NCBI GenBank assembly: GCA_963786955.1
Contig: CAWBAT010000004.1
Coordinates: forward strand, 640,001-704,000
Source: an uncultured Acidimicrobiia bacterium
GTDB lineage: Bacteria; Acidobacteriota; Terriglobia; Versatilivoradales; Versatilivoraceae
Length of the DNA stretch: 64,000 bases
Direction of reading: 5' to 3'
The position numbers and the translations under genes are program-made. Below the pieces are notes generated by a model, which worked only from the letters and a program-made list of their open reading frames with translations, was not told where the DNA came from and searched no databases. Numbering within the stretch: the first letter of the stretch is position 1; each line of letters begins with the position of its first letter. Below are positions 39,842 through 50,965 of this stretch, piece by piece.

Positions 39842-39910
39842 AGCCTATAGCGGTGCTTTACCCTTTCTGGAAATTAGAGTGAAAGTCTTGATTTGTAGAG
39901 GAGGCAATTA

Positions 39911-40501
39911 TTGCCGTTTTTTAGCAAAGTTGTTGGCCGCTTTTCACCATCCCTGCTTCGCATAGTACGAAATAGTCTCTTAGACTTATCTCGAATTCGT
40001 ACTGTCTTGCCGCTCGCCGGAAGAGTACTTGAGATCGGGTGTGGATATGGCCATGTGCTTTCTCAGTTAGCAGAGGAAAGAACCGACTTACAATTCCTTG
40101 GAATTGACAAAGATGCCGAAGCGATTGACTTTGCCCAAGAAAAGTGGAAATTCCCCAACTTGCAATTCCATCAAGTATCGCTCGAAGAGCTCAAAGAGCC
40201 CTTTGATTTGGTATTGATTCTTGATGTTATTCATCATCTGCCAGACGGGGTTGAAAATCATATTTTCAAGGAGAGCCATCGCCTGCTGGGAGAGAATGGC
40301 CTGCTCTTCGTGAAGGACATTCCCATTCAAAATTGCAAGATCGGAGTGTTCTTGGATAAGTATGTTTCAAGACAACCTCCGCTCGTCCGCAATGATGATC
40401 AGTTACGGAGTGCCCTGAAGTCATATTTCAAGCTAATCAGTTGGGAAACTCCAACCAGGCTGAAGATGGGAGAGCTTTATTTCCTGGCAGAAAAGCTCTA
40501 A
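39911..40501 (+). CDS. Class I SAM-dependent methyltransferase
   Basis: VLEIGCGYG, FDLVLILDVIHHL. Confidence 0.85.
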   Translation: MPFFSKVVGRFSPSLLRIVRNSLLDLSRIRTVLPLAGRVLEIGCGYGHVLSQLAEERTDLQFLGIDKDAEAIDFAQEKWKFPNLQFHQVSLEELKEPFDLVLILDVIHHLPDGVENHIFKESHRLLGENGLLFVKDIPIQNCKIGVFLDKYVSRQPPLVRNDDQLRSALKSYFKLISWETPTRLKMGELYFLAEKL

Positions 40502-40616
40502 GAGCTACTCAATACCCTTCGCGGGTTCCCTCAATTGCGTCAGCGATGGCCAGCGACTCGAAAATTTTCAATGAGTGTTCCAATGATAGGAACCTGCAAA
40601 ATTCTCAGGAAGATCT

Positions 40617-41366
40617 ATGATTTATGAATCGGTAAATATTCCACTATGGCGCAATCTGAAAAACATTTCCGGTGCAAGAATATTGGACATCGGTTGTGGA
40701 GCAGGCGCTCTAGGTGAATTACTGTCGAAGAATGGAAATTGCGTGGATGGAATTACCAATTCTCAAGAGGAGTTGGTCATGGCCTCCAAGAGACTGCACA
40801 AGGTATTTCTTATCGACTTGAACGATCCCATCAAGATTCGAACCGAGATCCGTGAATCATATGAAATCATTTTATTTGCGGGAGTTTTAGAGCATTTGGT
40901 TCATCCAATAGAAACGCTTAGATTGTTTGATCGGAACCTGACTTCTGATGGCCAAATCCACATCTCCCTTCCCAACGTCGCTTGCTTCTACGTTCGCATC
41001 GGTCTTCTCTTGGGGAAATTCGATCCCTTAGAGGAGGGTGGAATTCTGGATAAAACGCATTTGCATCATTACACTTTGAAGACTGCCAAAGAAATGATTC
41101 ACGATGCAGGGCTTCGGATTGAGAAGATTGACTTTATGCCAGGTATTTCTGTCTGGCTATACCAGAATTTTCTCAAAAGGGGACTCCCTACCCCAGGTGA
41201 AAAAATGGTGGAGAGAAAAGACTTCCAGATCTATGAAGGTTATGTGTACCCAGTAGAACGTTTCGTTGGATCCATTTGGAGGTGCATGTTTGCTAACGAA
41301 TTTCAGTTCGTCTGCGGCCGACAGAACAGACAGAATGCTGATGACATCAAAGCTGGGTTGCGTTAG
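40617..41366 (+). CDS. Class I SAM-dependent methyltransferase
   Basis: ILDIGCGAG, VLEHL, SLPNVA, GILDKTHLHHYT. Confidence 0.85.
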   Translation: MIYESVNIPLWRNLKNISGARILDIGCGAGALGELLSKNGNCVDGITNSQEELVMASKRLHKVFLIDLNDPIKIRTEIRESYEIILFAGVLEHLVHPIETLRLFDRNLTSDGQIHISLPNVACFYVRIGLLLGKFDPLEEGGILDKTHLHHYTLKTAKEMIHDAGLRIEKIDFMPGISVWLYQNFLKRGLPTPGEKMVERKDFQIYEGYVYPVERFVGSIWRCMFANEFQFVCGRQNRQNADDIKAGLR

Positions 41367-41428
41367 AAACAAGACTCGGGCATTTCAATACTGACGGGTT
41401 CCGGGGGGAACTCGGGGAGACGTCAAGA

Positions 41429-42162
41429 ATGGGAATCGAACTAGAACGCATATCCGATGACGCCTTCATCCCGAAATGGGTTGGGCATGAACACTTGGCT
41501 CGATTTAATTTTGCCGCTGAGCGGGTAAAAGGGAAACGCGTAATTGACTGCGCTTGCGGGACAGGGTTTGGTTCGAGCCTGTTTGTGGCGGCTGGAGCAA
41601 GCTCAGTTTTAGCTTTCGACGTTTCTGAACAAACAATTTCGCAATCCATTCTCAAATATCAGGCACCCAATCTAAAGTTTCAGGTTGGCTCGGCTCTCAA
41701 TCTTCCAGTACCCGATCAGTCTGCCGATATCTTCATATCATTAGAGACCATTGAACATTTGGAAAAAGACCGCGAATTCCTGTCCGAAGTACATCGTGTC
41801 CTGGGGCCGGGAGGCATCTTCATTTGTTCCACACCCAATCGAACCGTAACCAATCCCGGGAAGGAGATTGTCGATAGGCCTTGGAACCCATTTCATATCC
41901 GGGAATATTCCGAAAAAGAATTCCTCGACTTGTTGAAGACCGAGTTTGAAAGAGTGACAATCTACGGACAAAACCCCAAGAAGAGGTGGAAAGTGAATCT
42001 TATGGAAAAAATCGGGAGAGTAATGCCTTTTCATGGGGCCGTGCGGATTAACCAGATTTTAAAGCTCCCTCACATGGCCCTGGATAAGGTCGAGGGGACC
42101 ATTTGGTCTTAGATACAAAGGGGGATCATGATTATGAGTATCTGGTGGCAGTTTGTCATTAG
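41429..42162 (+). CDS. SAM-dependent methyltransferase, apparent frameshift in a G-run near 42095
   Basis: EHLARF, IDCACGTGFG, ETIEH, STPN, NPFHIREY. In-frame stop at 42112; the shifted frame gives DHLVL..YEYLVAVCH ending 42162. Confidence 0.8.
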
Positions 42163-42168
42163 GGTGAG

Positions 42169-42735
42169 CTAAGATCTCGACTTGTTCTTTTTCAACCTTG
42201 AACAAAAAAGGGCTCCGGTCATGATCACCAATATCACAAATCGCAGTGGGAGAAGCATTAACCTCATGCCCGCCCAGTACCCAGAGTAAAGGGGCTTTCG
42301 GATTCTCTGTGCCCATGACCGTGGAAGCAGCGCACCCTCACGAGCTCTGGCAGAAACGATGGCCTTGAGATAGCTCGGCTTCAAATACTCACAGTCTAGA
42401 TTTTCGTTGAATACTAAGAGACGTTTGCCTCCGCAGAGAAGTGCAAACGTCTTCGTTCTAGCCCGCTCAGCATCCTGGCACCAAAGAACCGCAATAACAT
42501 CGTAGCTCGCTTTGCGAATTCGCCTGCAAAGTTGCAGCGCCGCCCAATATTCCTGACGATGTGGGAAGACCAGAACTTTTTGAATTTGGGGTTGTCCCTC
42601 GTAATCCAATAAATCTGCCGAGCTGCACAGAAGGTCGATCTGGGGAGATCGGAACACGGAGTCATGCAGAATTCCTAATGCCCTCGTGACATTGGGAATT
42701 GTCGATGTGCAAACCAAAAGAACTCTTTCAGCCAT
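42169..42735 (-). CDS. Hypothetical GT9-N-terminal-like protein with C-terminal membrane anchor
   Basis: RVLLV..IDLLC..RIRKASYDVIAVLW..LLVFNEN; overlaps the GT4 stop codon. Confidence 0.55.
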   Translation of the reverse strand: MAERVLLVCTSTIPNVTRALGILHDSVFRSPQIDLLCSSADLLDYEGQPQIQKVLVFPHRQEYWAALQLCRRIRKASYDVIAVLWCQDAERARTKTFALLCGGKRLLVFNENLDCEYLKPSYLKAIVSARAREGALLPRSWAQRIRKPLYSGYWAGMRLMLLPLRFVILVIMTGALFCSRLKKNKSRS

Positions 42736-43919
42736 TCCGGTTCTCCACGAGCTCGAGGAAGCGAGGACGGAGGACATTCCAATCGTACTTTTCCCGAATC
42801 ATTTTCCTGGCATTTGCCCCAAGTTCGGCTCTGAAGTTGGGATGAAGTAGAAGTCGAGTGATCTGGTCTGAGAATTCCTCAGCGGTTTCGGCGAGGAGCA
42901 GGTGTTCACCCTCTTTGACAGAAAATCCGGCTGCAGCGAGGCGCGTGGCAACTACCGCCTTCCCCATTGAGAAAGCCTCTAGCAGTTTAACCCTCATGCC
43001 ATTCCCCGAATGCAAGGGTGCAACGAAAATGTCGGCCTGATCATACGCCGCGCGGATATCCGGAAGGTAACCCAGGAGATGAGTTCCGCCACCCGCTTCC
43101 AGCAAAGTTCGATCCAATAAACCTGCGTTGGCCCCTGCGATGCAGAATTCGACGTTGGCAACATGGGATTGCAGCCGCGGCAGAATCTTTTGAACAAAAA
43201 GTAAGACGGCTTCCCGATTGGGTGGATGTCGATAGTTGCCAACAAATAGCAACCGGGGGATCAGTCTCGTTTCTGGTTGGGGGACTCGAGGCCGGAAATA
43301 GTCGCTATCCACTCCAATGGGAATCCATCTCAGTTTAGCGGATGGGATGAACGAACTGAGAAGGCTACGATCCTGTTCCGTCATGCACACAATCCGGTCA
43401 AACTGTCGGCACATTCGTATTTCATAGTTAAACTGGGATAACCATTCATAGAATTTGCCCATTTTTGCGCTGTAACTCGGCCCTGTTCGAACGTCGTCCC
43501 AAGAATTGGCAAAGTGCACTTCATGCTCCGTAAGAATTCTGAGTAACGGAACATCAGGGGGCACGTGCTGTCCCATTTGTATAAACTCAACTTGCACAAC
43601 GTCGTAATGGTTCTTGGCCAAAGCGTCTCGAACCAAAGTCTTCAAGTCGGTTGAGGCATATTCCCAATGCTCTCTGGGTTTGGACAACAGGAGATCTTGT
43701 GCCCGGGACTGGGCGCCGTAGCACGGTCTTCACTTGGACACCAAGAGCCTCTATTTCATGAATATTCTCCAGTTCTTGCTCCTGTTCAATAAATGAAATT
43801 AAGGTAACAAAATGTTTCTCAGCCAGAATCTTCAGATTGTGAAACATCCTGGCTCCTCCACCATGAAGTCCAAGTACCGGCAGATGAGCGGAGAGAAAGA
43901 GTATCTTGAGAGGAGGCAT
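42728..43919 (-). CDS. GT4 glycosyltransferase split by an apparent 1-nt frameshift near 43704
   Basis: ORFs 43587-43940 and 42728-43687 join as VLRRPVP/AQDLLLSKPREH if one G of CCGGGCA is removed; GMRVKLLEAFSMGKAVVAT. Confidence 0.8.
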
Positions 43920-44117
43920 CAGCAGGATCACCCAATACAATTGAAAGTCAGCATCTCGAGGTTCAGTCAGCGATAAATTCTACAAATTCATTAACGAATC
44001 CCATGTTTCCGATCCGACCCTGAAGGCTAGGATGGAAGCCTTTTTTCAAGAGAAAACCTGTCAGGGTCTCTTCAAGCTTGATCATGGAAACGTGTTCTTT
44101 AAAATGAAAAGGTACTC

Positions 44118-45689
44118 CTATACCAGGCGCATTGCGGCTATGATCACACCCAATTCCCGCTGGTCGTCAGATTTTTCGATTTGAGCAGGGCAAAAGCTGT
44201 GCGCCAAAAGTAGCTTGAAGGCCTGGCAGCCGGGTTTACTCACATGAATGGGAATTGACAGCGCCAATTCTTCAGAATTGCTCCATCGGGCTTCATAAAT
44301 CTTCCTGTCGTTATGGTAAACAGACATCCTCTGGCACCGACTGAGGTAGTTGTTAATTTCTGGTATGGTCCCCCGAATTTCCAAAATTCTTTCGCTCCCC
44401 AGCGAAAACAAAAAGAACCTGCATTCGCGGGCAGTCCACCGGAAACTCTTTTCGCCGTCGTTTTCTAAGTTGTGCCATCCTTCTCCCAATTGGTCTAGAA
44501 AGTCAGACTGGGAAAAATCAATGGAACTGTGCCCCTGCTCAGGAAGATCCTTCGCAGTCTCCTGGAAAATATCGGGATCATCCATAACATAAATCTTTCT
44601 CATGCGTTGGCGCTTCAAGATCGCTTCGGGCAACTGGATCAACGCTCTGAAGAAAGCCTTAAATTCAAATGAGACCGTTGTCTGGGCAAGTAGCCGAGCT
44701 TGGGTCAAGGGAAGAAAAAGGGCATGTTGGATGGTCCACGGGAGTGATGTAATGTTCTTCCACACGAACAAGTATTGGTTTTTTCGGATCGTGTTATCGA
44801 CGTAATTGTCACCAAATTTGAGTTTGTTCGTCCCGCGATGACGGTGGATAACGATGCTGTCAACAGCGAGCAGGCTTTTCCATCCCCTCTTCCAAGCCTG
44901 ATAGGAGAGGTCCGTGTCCTCCAGGTAGAAAGGGTCATATAGAGTGTCTAACCCTCCGATTTCCTGAACCTTTCTCTTGTCAAAAGCACAAGACCCGCCC
45001 CCACCCCAAAAAATGGGTACAACCTTCTTGCGAATGTCTGAAGTCAGAATCTGGTCGTGGTAAGGTTCGAGAAAACCCCATTTCCAGCGGGCCCGTGTTT
45101 TGCCGGTTTCTTCACGCCGCTTTTCTCTGTCCTGAAAGAAGACTTGGCAGGAGACCGAAAAAACACCCTCCTGCGCAAACCCCTCAAGAAGTGGCTTGAT
45201 GAAATCCGGGTCCACCTGCATATCATTATTCAGGAAGATCACGATGTCATTTAGAGCCGCTTGGATACCGGCATTGTTTCCCCCTGTATAGCGCATGTTT
45301 CGTGGCAACGGAACGACCCGAATACCCGGGAACCGGGCCTTTAGAAAGGCGACACTGCCATCCGTGCTTCCATTGTCAACGACTAGGATTTCGTGGTCAC
45401 GGCCATCCTCTTTAACGGCGGCTACAACGGAAGGTAGAAATTCTTCCAGTAAATGTTTCCCTTCCCAATTCAAGACAACGATACTTGCCTTCTCGATATT
45501 CACCCCTGAAGGTGGGGCAAACGTTCGTTGGCTGAGAACGGGGCTGAGAAGAAAGTAAAAAAGGTCCGACAGGAAAAGAGAAAGGCCAACCAGAATGTCA
45601 AAAGGCAGAAGGAACAGTACCGTGACGAGGGAGGTCCAAAAACGGAGGCGAAACAATCTGGCAGACAAAATCATCGCACTGAAAGACAT
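44118..45689 (-). CDS. GT2 glycosyltransferase with N-terminal TM and C-terminal beta-rich extra domain
   Basis: VDNGSTDGS, FLNND, REETGKT, YLEDTDL; tail LGEGWHNLE..FRWT..DQRELGV. Confidence 0.85.
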   Translation of the reverse strand: MSFSAMILSARLFRLRFWTSLVTVLFLLPFDILVGLSLFLSDLFYFLLSPVLSQRTFAPPSGVNIEKASIVVLNWEGKHLLEEFLPSVVAAVKEDGRDHEILVVDNGSTDGSVAFLKARFPGIRVVPLPRNMRYTGGNNAGIQAALNDIVIFLNNDMQVDPDFIKPLLEGFAQEGVFSVSCQVFFQDREKRREETGKTRARWKWGFLEPYHDQILTSDIRKKVVPIFWGGGGSCAFDKRKVQEIGGLDTLYDPFYLEDTDLSYQAWKRGWKSLLAVDSIVIHRHRGTNKLKFGDNYVDNTIRKNQYLFVWKNITSLPWTIQHALFLPLTQARLLAQTTVSFEFKAFFRALIQLPEAILKRQRMRKIYVMDDPDIFQETAKDLPEQGHSSIDFSQSDFLDQLGEGWHNLENDGEKSFRWTARECRFFLFSLGSERILEIRGTIPEINNYLSRCQRMSVYHNDRKIYEARWSNSEELALSIPIHVSKPGCQAFKLLLAHSFCPAQIEKSDDQRELGVIIAAMRLV

Positions 45690-45731
45690 TCATGAAAGGA
45701 TTTGGGAGCCGGGAGATCCTACTCGGTGATT

Positions 45732-46409
45732 TCAGTTACTGAACCGGAATTTCACCAGGGTCCAGATGGCTGAAAACCCATCACGCCAGGTGATTTTCTT
45801 CCCTTGCTCAAAGCTTCTTCCAGCATAGGAAATGGGGACTTCAACGATCCGTAATCGTCGCTTCAAGAGCTTAGCCGTAATCTCCGGCTCGAAGTTAAAT
45901 CGATTGGAAACGATTCGAATGCTTTGGATCGTTTCTCTGGGAAAAAGCTTATAACAAGTCTCCATGTCTGTGATGGATGTCTGGAAGAGAATATTGGTCA
46001 TGAGAGTCAGGAATTGATTTCCAAAGTTATGGAGAGAGCTCATATTGTGACGTTTTCCGCTAAACCTTGAACCAAACACGACGTCCGCCTGTCCTTCCAA
46101 TAAAGGTTGAAGCAGCTTAGGATATTCCCCTGGATCATATTCCAGGTCGGCATCCTGGACGATGACAAAATCCCCGGTTGCATGCTGAAACCCTGTTCTT
46201 AGGGCAGCCCCTTTCCCCATGTTTCGTTCATGATAAAGCACTCTCACTCCCTCTTTCTCCAACTGTTGCAGTAGCCCGCGAGTGCCGTCAGTCGAATAAT
46301 CATCGACGAGGATAATCTCCTTCTCGAGGGAGACAGATTGCACTTTGTTGACAATTTCCAACAAGGTCGATCGTTCGTTATAGACAGGAATGATGACTGT
46401 CAGTTTCAC
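45732..46409 (-). CDS. GT2 (DPM-synthase-like) glycosyltransferase
   Basis: IIPVYNE, NMGKGAA, QDADLEYDP, DMETCYK, GKKITWRDG. Confidence 0.9.
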   Translation of the reverse strand: MKLTVIIPVYNERSTLLEIVNKVQSVSLEKEIILVDDYSTDGTRGLLQQLEKEGVRVLYHERNMGKGAALRTGFQHATGDFVIVQDADLEYDPGEYPKLLQPLLEGQADVVFGSRFSGKRHNMSSLHNFGNQFLTLMTNILFQTSITDMETCYKLFPRETIQSIRIVSNRFNFEPEITAKLLKRRLRIVEVPISYAGRSFEQGKKITWRDGFSAIWTLVKFRFSN

Positions 46410-46429
46410 CGGACTCTACCTACTTATTC

Positions 46430-47290
46430 TCAACTCTTTGACGGTCTCGTCGAAATATACTCCAGCAAAGCATCCTGCCAGGATTTTAAATCATCCATGC
46501 CCCATTTTTTGAGGTGCGCATTCTCCATTACGGAAAAGGCCGGTCGCCTGGCAGGCGATTTGAATTCAGCCGAAGTCGTCGGCGAAAGGTCTGCTTTGAT
46601 TCCAACAAATTCAAAGACGGCCGCCGCAAATTCATACCAGGAGCAGGCACCTTGAGACGTCACGTGATAAAGTCCATAATGCTTAGTCTGGATCAACTCC
46701 GCGACCTTTCGGGCTAATTCGCGGGTACTAGTTGGAGTCAGCACTTGATCGTGGACCACACGAATCGAGTCACGGGCTATAGCTTTTTGCAGCATCGTTT
46801 CAACAAAATTACCGCCCTTTCCGCTACTGCCTGCATGACCATACAGACCACAGGTCCGTATCACAAAGCTCTTTTCCCAAAGATAGCGGATGATTTTCTC
46901 TCCCGCGAGCTTCGAGACTCCATAAGCATTGACCGGGTTGGTTTCATCCTGCTCCAACAGGGGCCGACGAAGGTTCCCCTCAAAGACATAATCCGTGCTG
47001 AAATGGACGAGAGTGGCGTCAACGGCTCGGGCCGCTATGCATAGATTCTTAACGCCTAAGGCATTGACTTGGAAAGCGGCGAGGCTCTCCGTTTCACACA
47101 AATCGACTTTGTGAAAAGCAGCCGTATTGATGATAATTTCCGGGCGGAGGGCCTGGACTTGTTGAACCACCTGCTCGGGAATGGTCACATCGAGGATCGC
47201 ATGGGTCGTTCCAGAAACTTGATGCGCTAATAGGGATTTTCTGAGGTCAGACCCGAGCTGGCCATTCGCCCCGATCAGCAGGATCTTCAA
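46430..47290 (-). CDS. rfbD: dTDP-4-dehydrorhamnose reductase
   Basis: GANGQLG, STDYVF, YGVSKLAGE, DQ-x-x-TPT, ARRPAFS. Confidence 0.9.
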   Translation of the reverse strand: MKILLIGANGQLGSDLRKSLLAHQVSGTTHAILDVTIPEQVVQQVQALRPEIIINTAAFHKVDLCETESLAAFQVNALGVKNLCIAARAVDATLVHFSTDYVFEGNLRRPLLEQDETNPVNAYGVSKLAGEKIIRYLWEKSFVIRTCGLYGHAGSSGKGGNFVETMLQKAIARDSIRVVHDQVLTPTSTRELARKVAELIQTKHYGLYHVTSQGACSWYEFAAAVFEFVGIKADLSPTTSAEFKSPARRPAFSVMENAHLKKWGMDDLKSWQDALLEYISTRPSKS

Positions 47291-48390
47291 TGGTCGGCTC
47301 CCTGCATCCTTCGCATCGGGTTCCCCGCGGCGGGCTGGGACGAGGGGCCCGAAGTAACGTCAAAGACGGATCCGGTCACTTGGATAATTTTGTCGGCTTC
47401 CTCCAGGAGTTTCATCCAGGCAATGTTGTTGTAGCGAGGATTGTCAAAATCCGAATAGCGGTATCGCGAAATGCTTTCCACCATATCTTTCACAGCCTCT
47501 TCTACCGAAACCGCTGGCTTAAAATCTAGTGTTCTCTCCAGCTTTTTCCCGGAAACACGGTAGCTCCGGACCCCATGATAACGATAATCCGGCTTCAATT
47601 CTGTCTTGATCCCTACCTCTCTGAGAGCTTCAATGACCCGCAAGGCCAACTCCGAGATCCGGAAATTCCCATAGACCACATTGAAAATTTGGCCTTTCAC
47701 CTTACTTTCCTCTGCCTCCAAACATGTAATGTACGCACGGGCTGCATCCCGCACATCCACAAGAGGACGCCACATCTCTCCACCATAATGGGTGGTGAGA
47801 TATCCCTTCGAGAGGACATCTTTCAAGAACGTATTGACTACCAGATCGTAGCGCATCCTTGGAGAAAATCCGTAGATCGTCCCTTTGCGAAGAATGACCG
47901 GAGAAAAGTCCTCATCGTTCATGGACAACAAGATCCTCTCGGCTTGGTACTTTGAGCTCGAGTAGGCCGCTTTTGGATTCACCGGGACTTCTTCATCCAA
48001 GAGAATATCCTTTTCATCATTCCCGATGCCAACATCATAAATGGAACAAGAGGATGCAAATATGAATCGCCGGACGCCTCGTTTCTTGCAAATCTTGGCG
48101 AGGTGTTCCGTCGCTTGGGTATTCATCTCAAAATTGGCTTTGGGATTGTATTCGGCAGTAGGATCATTGGACAAACCACTCAAATTAATCACTGCATCCA
48201 CTTCGTCCAACACCGAACTATCCATGGTTCGGATATCTCCGGCCACAAGCTTTATTCTTTCCAATACTTCACGGATACCCTGGTCGCCGTAATACAGACG
48301 GTCAAATACCTTGACCGCATAGCCGCGCTCCAACAATTCTCGAACTAAAACGGAACCTACATAACCTGCGCCTCCAACCACTAAGATCAT
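47287..48390 (-). CDS. NAD-dependent nucleotide-sugar epimerase/dehydratase (extended SDR)
   Basis: GGAGYVGS, SSCSIY, YSSSK, GFSPRMRYDLVVN. Confidence 0.9.
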   Translation of the reverse strand: MILVVGGAGYVGSVLVRELLERGYAVKVFDRLYYGDQGIREVLERIKLVAGDIRTMDSSVLDEVDAVINLSGLSNDPTAEYNPKANFEMNTQATEHLAKICKKRGVRRFIFASSCSIYDVGIGNDEKDILLDEEVPVNPKAAYSSSKYQAERILLSMNDEDFSPVILRKGTIYGFSPRMRYDLVVNTFLKDVLSKGYLTTHYGGEMWRPLVDVRDAARAYITCLEAEESKVKGQIFNVVYGNFRISELALRVIEALREVGIKTELKPDYRYHGVRSYRVSGKKLERTLDFKPAVSVEEAVKDMVESISRYRYSDFDNPRYNNIAWMKLLEEADKIIQVTGSVFDVTSGPSSQPAAGNPMRRMQGADH

Positions 48391-48585
48391 CTTAATCCTC
48401 CGCAGAAGATTTAGTCAGTTGCGCTCGTGCCAACTGTGAGCCCCCAACTCAATGACTCTCTTGGGGGGACTCATTTCTATATAACAAAGTTAAAATCAGT
48501 TTGAAACGCCCAAAAAACGAATGATTGCACAGTTTACGTGAAGAATCGACTCGAGATCCAAATTTGTCGACTTTAACCTATCGTT

Positions 48586-49647
48586 TCAGATCTTGGGCAC
48601 GAGTCCTAGAACCTTACTAAAACGGTAGAGTTTTGACTGCTTGAGCCTTTCCAGCTTGGCCTGACAAAGGCCTAATTCATTGTTTAGGCGAAGCGCCCAC
48701 TCAGTTCTTTCATCATATTCCCTCTGGAGCTGGGTGATCTGTTCGTCCCTTTGCCTTAGGTCATCCGATAGGCGATTGGCCCAGTCCGTCCTCTCCAAAA
48801 ACTCCTGATGGCACTTAGTCAGTTGGGCAGTGCTCTCTTCAACTTGTTGGTCATATTCTTTTTGTAGCGTTAATATTCTTCTATCGAGTTCTTTAATCCG
48901 GGATTCCAGTTCACCAATCCACTCCTCTTTTTCCCTCAGGAGATTGGCTGTAGAAGGTAAAAAGAGCAAATTCTGATATGGGGGGATGCGCCCTGCTTTC
49001 TTGGCACATACCGCCAGGAAAAAGTTCGAAGTGGTCTTCCATTTGGGATCAAGTCTCTCAATGTGAGTGTTTAGCGCTCTGGAAGGTTCAGGGTCCCCCA
49101 AGAAGATAGAGGAGACTTGATTCTGAAAACAGATTTCAACCTCCTCAAAACATCGCTTCAAGTAGGACGAGAATTCTTCATGGTCGAACTCATGCATGTG
49201 GTAAGGGTTAATTTCCTGCCGTTCTTCCGTGTAATAGAGCCGATTGGGCGTGGAAATCACCAAAAGTCCATCCTGCTTCAAAACTCGGGATATTTCATCG
49301 AGCAGACGTTCTTGCTCAGAAAGATGTTCCACAACTTCGAAACAGACCACCAGATCTAGACTTTCCGATCTTACAGGTAGTTGAGTGCAGTTTGCCACGA
49401 GGAAGTCTATTCCCGGTTGCGCATAGTTTTCACGCGCATAAGCAATCGTTTCCCTGGAGATGTCAACTGCAAAGACACTCATGGCGGACTCCGCTAGAAT
49501 AGCCGAGCCATAGCCAGTCCCGCACCCGAGGTCTAACACTTGTCGTGAGGACGCGAAACCACGGGCGAACAAGTATCTGGAAAGGTGCTCGTTCAATAAG
49601 TCGGGCTCGACCTTGCCAGGGACAACGCGCTCGCCGGTAAACTCCAT
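48586..49647 (-). CDS. SAM methyltransferase with C-terminal coiled coil (WbdD-like glycan chain terminator candidate)
   Basis: EFTGERVVP, EHLSRY, LDLGCGTGYG; heptad tail with two ERT-D/E-WA repeats and a basic amphipathic end; directly after wzt. Confidence 0.75.
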   Translation of the reverse strand: MEFTGERVVPGKVEPDLLNEHLSRYLFARGFASSRQVLDLGCGTGYGSAILAESAMSVFAVDISRETIAYARENYAQPGIDFLVANCTQLPVRSESLDLVVCFEVVEHLSEQERLLDEISRVLKQDGLLVISTPNRLYYTEERQEINPYHMHEFDHEEFSSYLKRCFEEVEICFQNQVSSIFLGDPEPSRALNTHIERLDPKWKTTSNFFLAVCAKKAGRIPPYQNLLFLPSTANLLREKEEWIGELESRIKELDRRILTLQKEYDQQVEESTAQLTKCHQEFLERTDWANRLSDDLRQRDEQITQLQREYDERTEWALRLNNELGLCQAKLERLKQSKLYRFSKVLGLVPKI

Positions 49648-49669
49648 AGAAACCTCGTACTTTTACCTT

Positions 49670-50965
49670 TTACACCAACAAATGATTTGAAGAGACGTGG
49701 ACTAACTCGATCTGACAATCAAATCTCATATAACCATATACCGGCAGGCGCTGCTTTACCGACAGCAAGATTGCGTTGTCGATCCAATCGCAAATGACAT
49801 TGTCCAGGTGGGTCCCATTCGCCACAGCGAGTGAAAAGTAATAGTTTCCAGGATGCAAATAGGGCACTTGAACACGGAAATCCACCGTATAGATCTGGAA
49901 CCCGTCTGCCGGGGGTAAGACAATGCCTTCGGCAGAGGTATTAATTCCAGCGATATCTTCCCCCAGGCGATTCCTCATGAGGAATCCCACAATCGGGTGA
50001 GGGAGTGAGCGATTAAATTTAATCGAGACCCTGACGGTCAATGAATCTCCATGAGTGAGGCTATCGCACGGGCACCCTTGGCCGTCCAATAACTGAACTC
50101 CGAGGATTTCCGCCTGTCCATTTCCCCAGCGGCGGTCAATATTCGGGAGGGACTGCACAATGAGATCGGAAGGGCCGATAGAATCCGGTCGTGGAGGCAA
50201 CGAGGCTCGTTCCCCCTGCAAAGTCGCAAAGGGATCTTTTCGCTGTGTGATCTCTGCCAGGTAATGGCCAACAACTTCGTCCGGGTTGCCGACTTCTTTC
50301 ACCCTGCCGTGATCCAGCCATACGGCTGATTCGCAAAGATTCTTGACTGCAGTCATATCATGAGAAACAAACAAAATGGTCTTCCCCTCTTCCTTCATCT
50401 GGCGAAGCTTGCGGATGCAGCGCTGCTGAAAGTAAACATCCCCCACGGACAACGACTCGTCGACGAGGAGTATTTCCGGATCAACATGAATCGAAACTGC
50501 AAAAGCCAAGCGGACGTACATGCCACTTGAGTATGTTTTGACCGGTTTATTGATAAATTCTCCAATCTCCGCAAATCGCTCAATATCAGGAAACTTTTCT
50601 TCAATTTCAGAGGTGGAAAGACCCATAATCGCCGCATTGAGAAAGACATTTTCCCGCCCAGAAAATTCCGGATTAAATCCCGCCCCCAATTCCAACAGTG
50701 CAGCGACTCTTCCGCCGAGAGACACTTGCCCCGAGGTAGGCTGCAGTGTCCCGGCAATGATTTGAAGCAAAGTGCTCTTGCCAGAGCCATTCTCCCCAAT
50801 AACCCCAAACGTCGTCCCTCTTCTGACAGTGAAGGTAACATCCGAGAGAGCCCAAAAATCCGTGTGATATTTTTTTCGCCTTTGGAAAAGTTCCTTTAGC
50901 CTGTCGACAGGTTTTGAATAGATCCTGTAGTTTTTGAAGACTCTTTCAACGTTGACGGCGTCCAT
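49670..50965 (-). CDS. wzt: Polysaccharide ABC transporter ATPase with C-terminal carbohydrate-binding (Wzt_C) domain
   Basis: FWALSDV, GENGSGKST, YSSGM-x-x-RLAF, RWGNG-x-AEI; ATG 50965 overlaps the wzm stop. Confidence 0.95.
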   Translation of the reverse strand: MDAVNVERVFKNYRIYSKPVDRLKELFQRRKKYHTDFWALSDVTFTVRRGTTFGVIGENGSGKSTLLQIIAGTLQPTSGQVSLGGRVAALLELGAGFNPEFSGRENVFLNAAIMGLSTSEIEEKFPDIERFAEIGEFINKPVKTYSSGMYVRLAFAVSIHVDPEILLVDESLSVGDVYFQQRCIRKLRQMKEEGKTILFVSHDMTAVKNLCESAVWLDHGRVKEVGNPDEVVGHYLAEITQRKDPFATLQGERASLPPRPDSIGPSDLIVQSLPNIDRRWGNGQAEILGVQLLDGQGCPCDSLTHGDSLTVRVSIKFNRSLPHPIVGFLMRNRLGEDIAGINTSAEGIVLPPADGFQIYTVDFRVQVPYLHPGNYYFSLAVANGTHLDNVICDWIDNAILLSVKQRLPVYGYMRFDCQIELVHVSSNHLLV

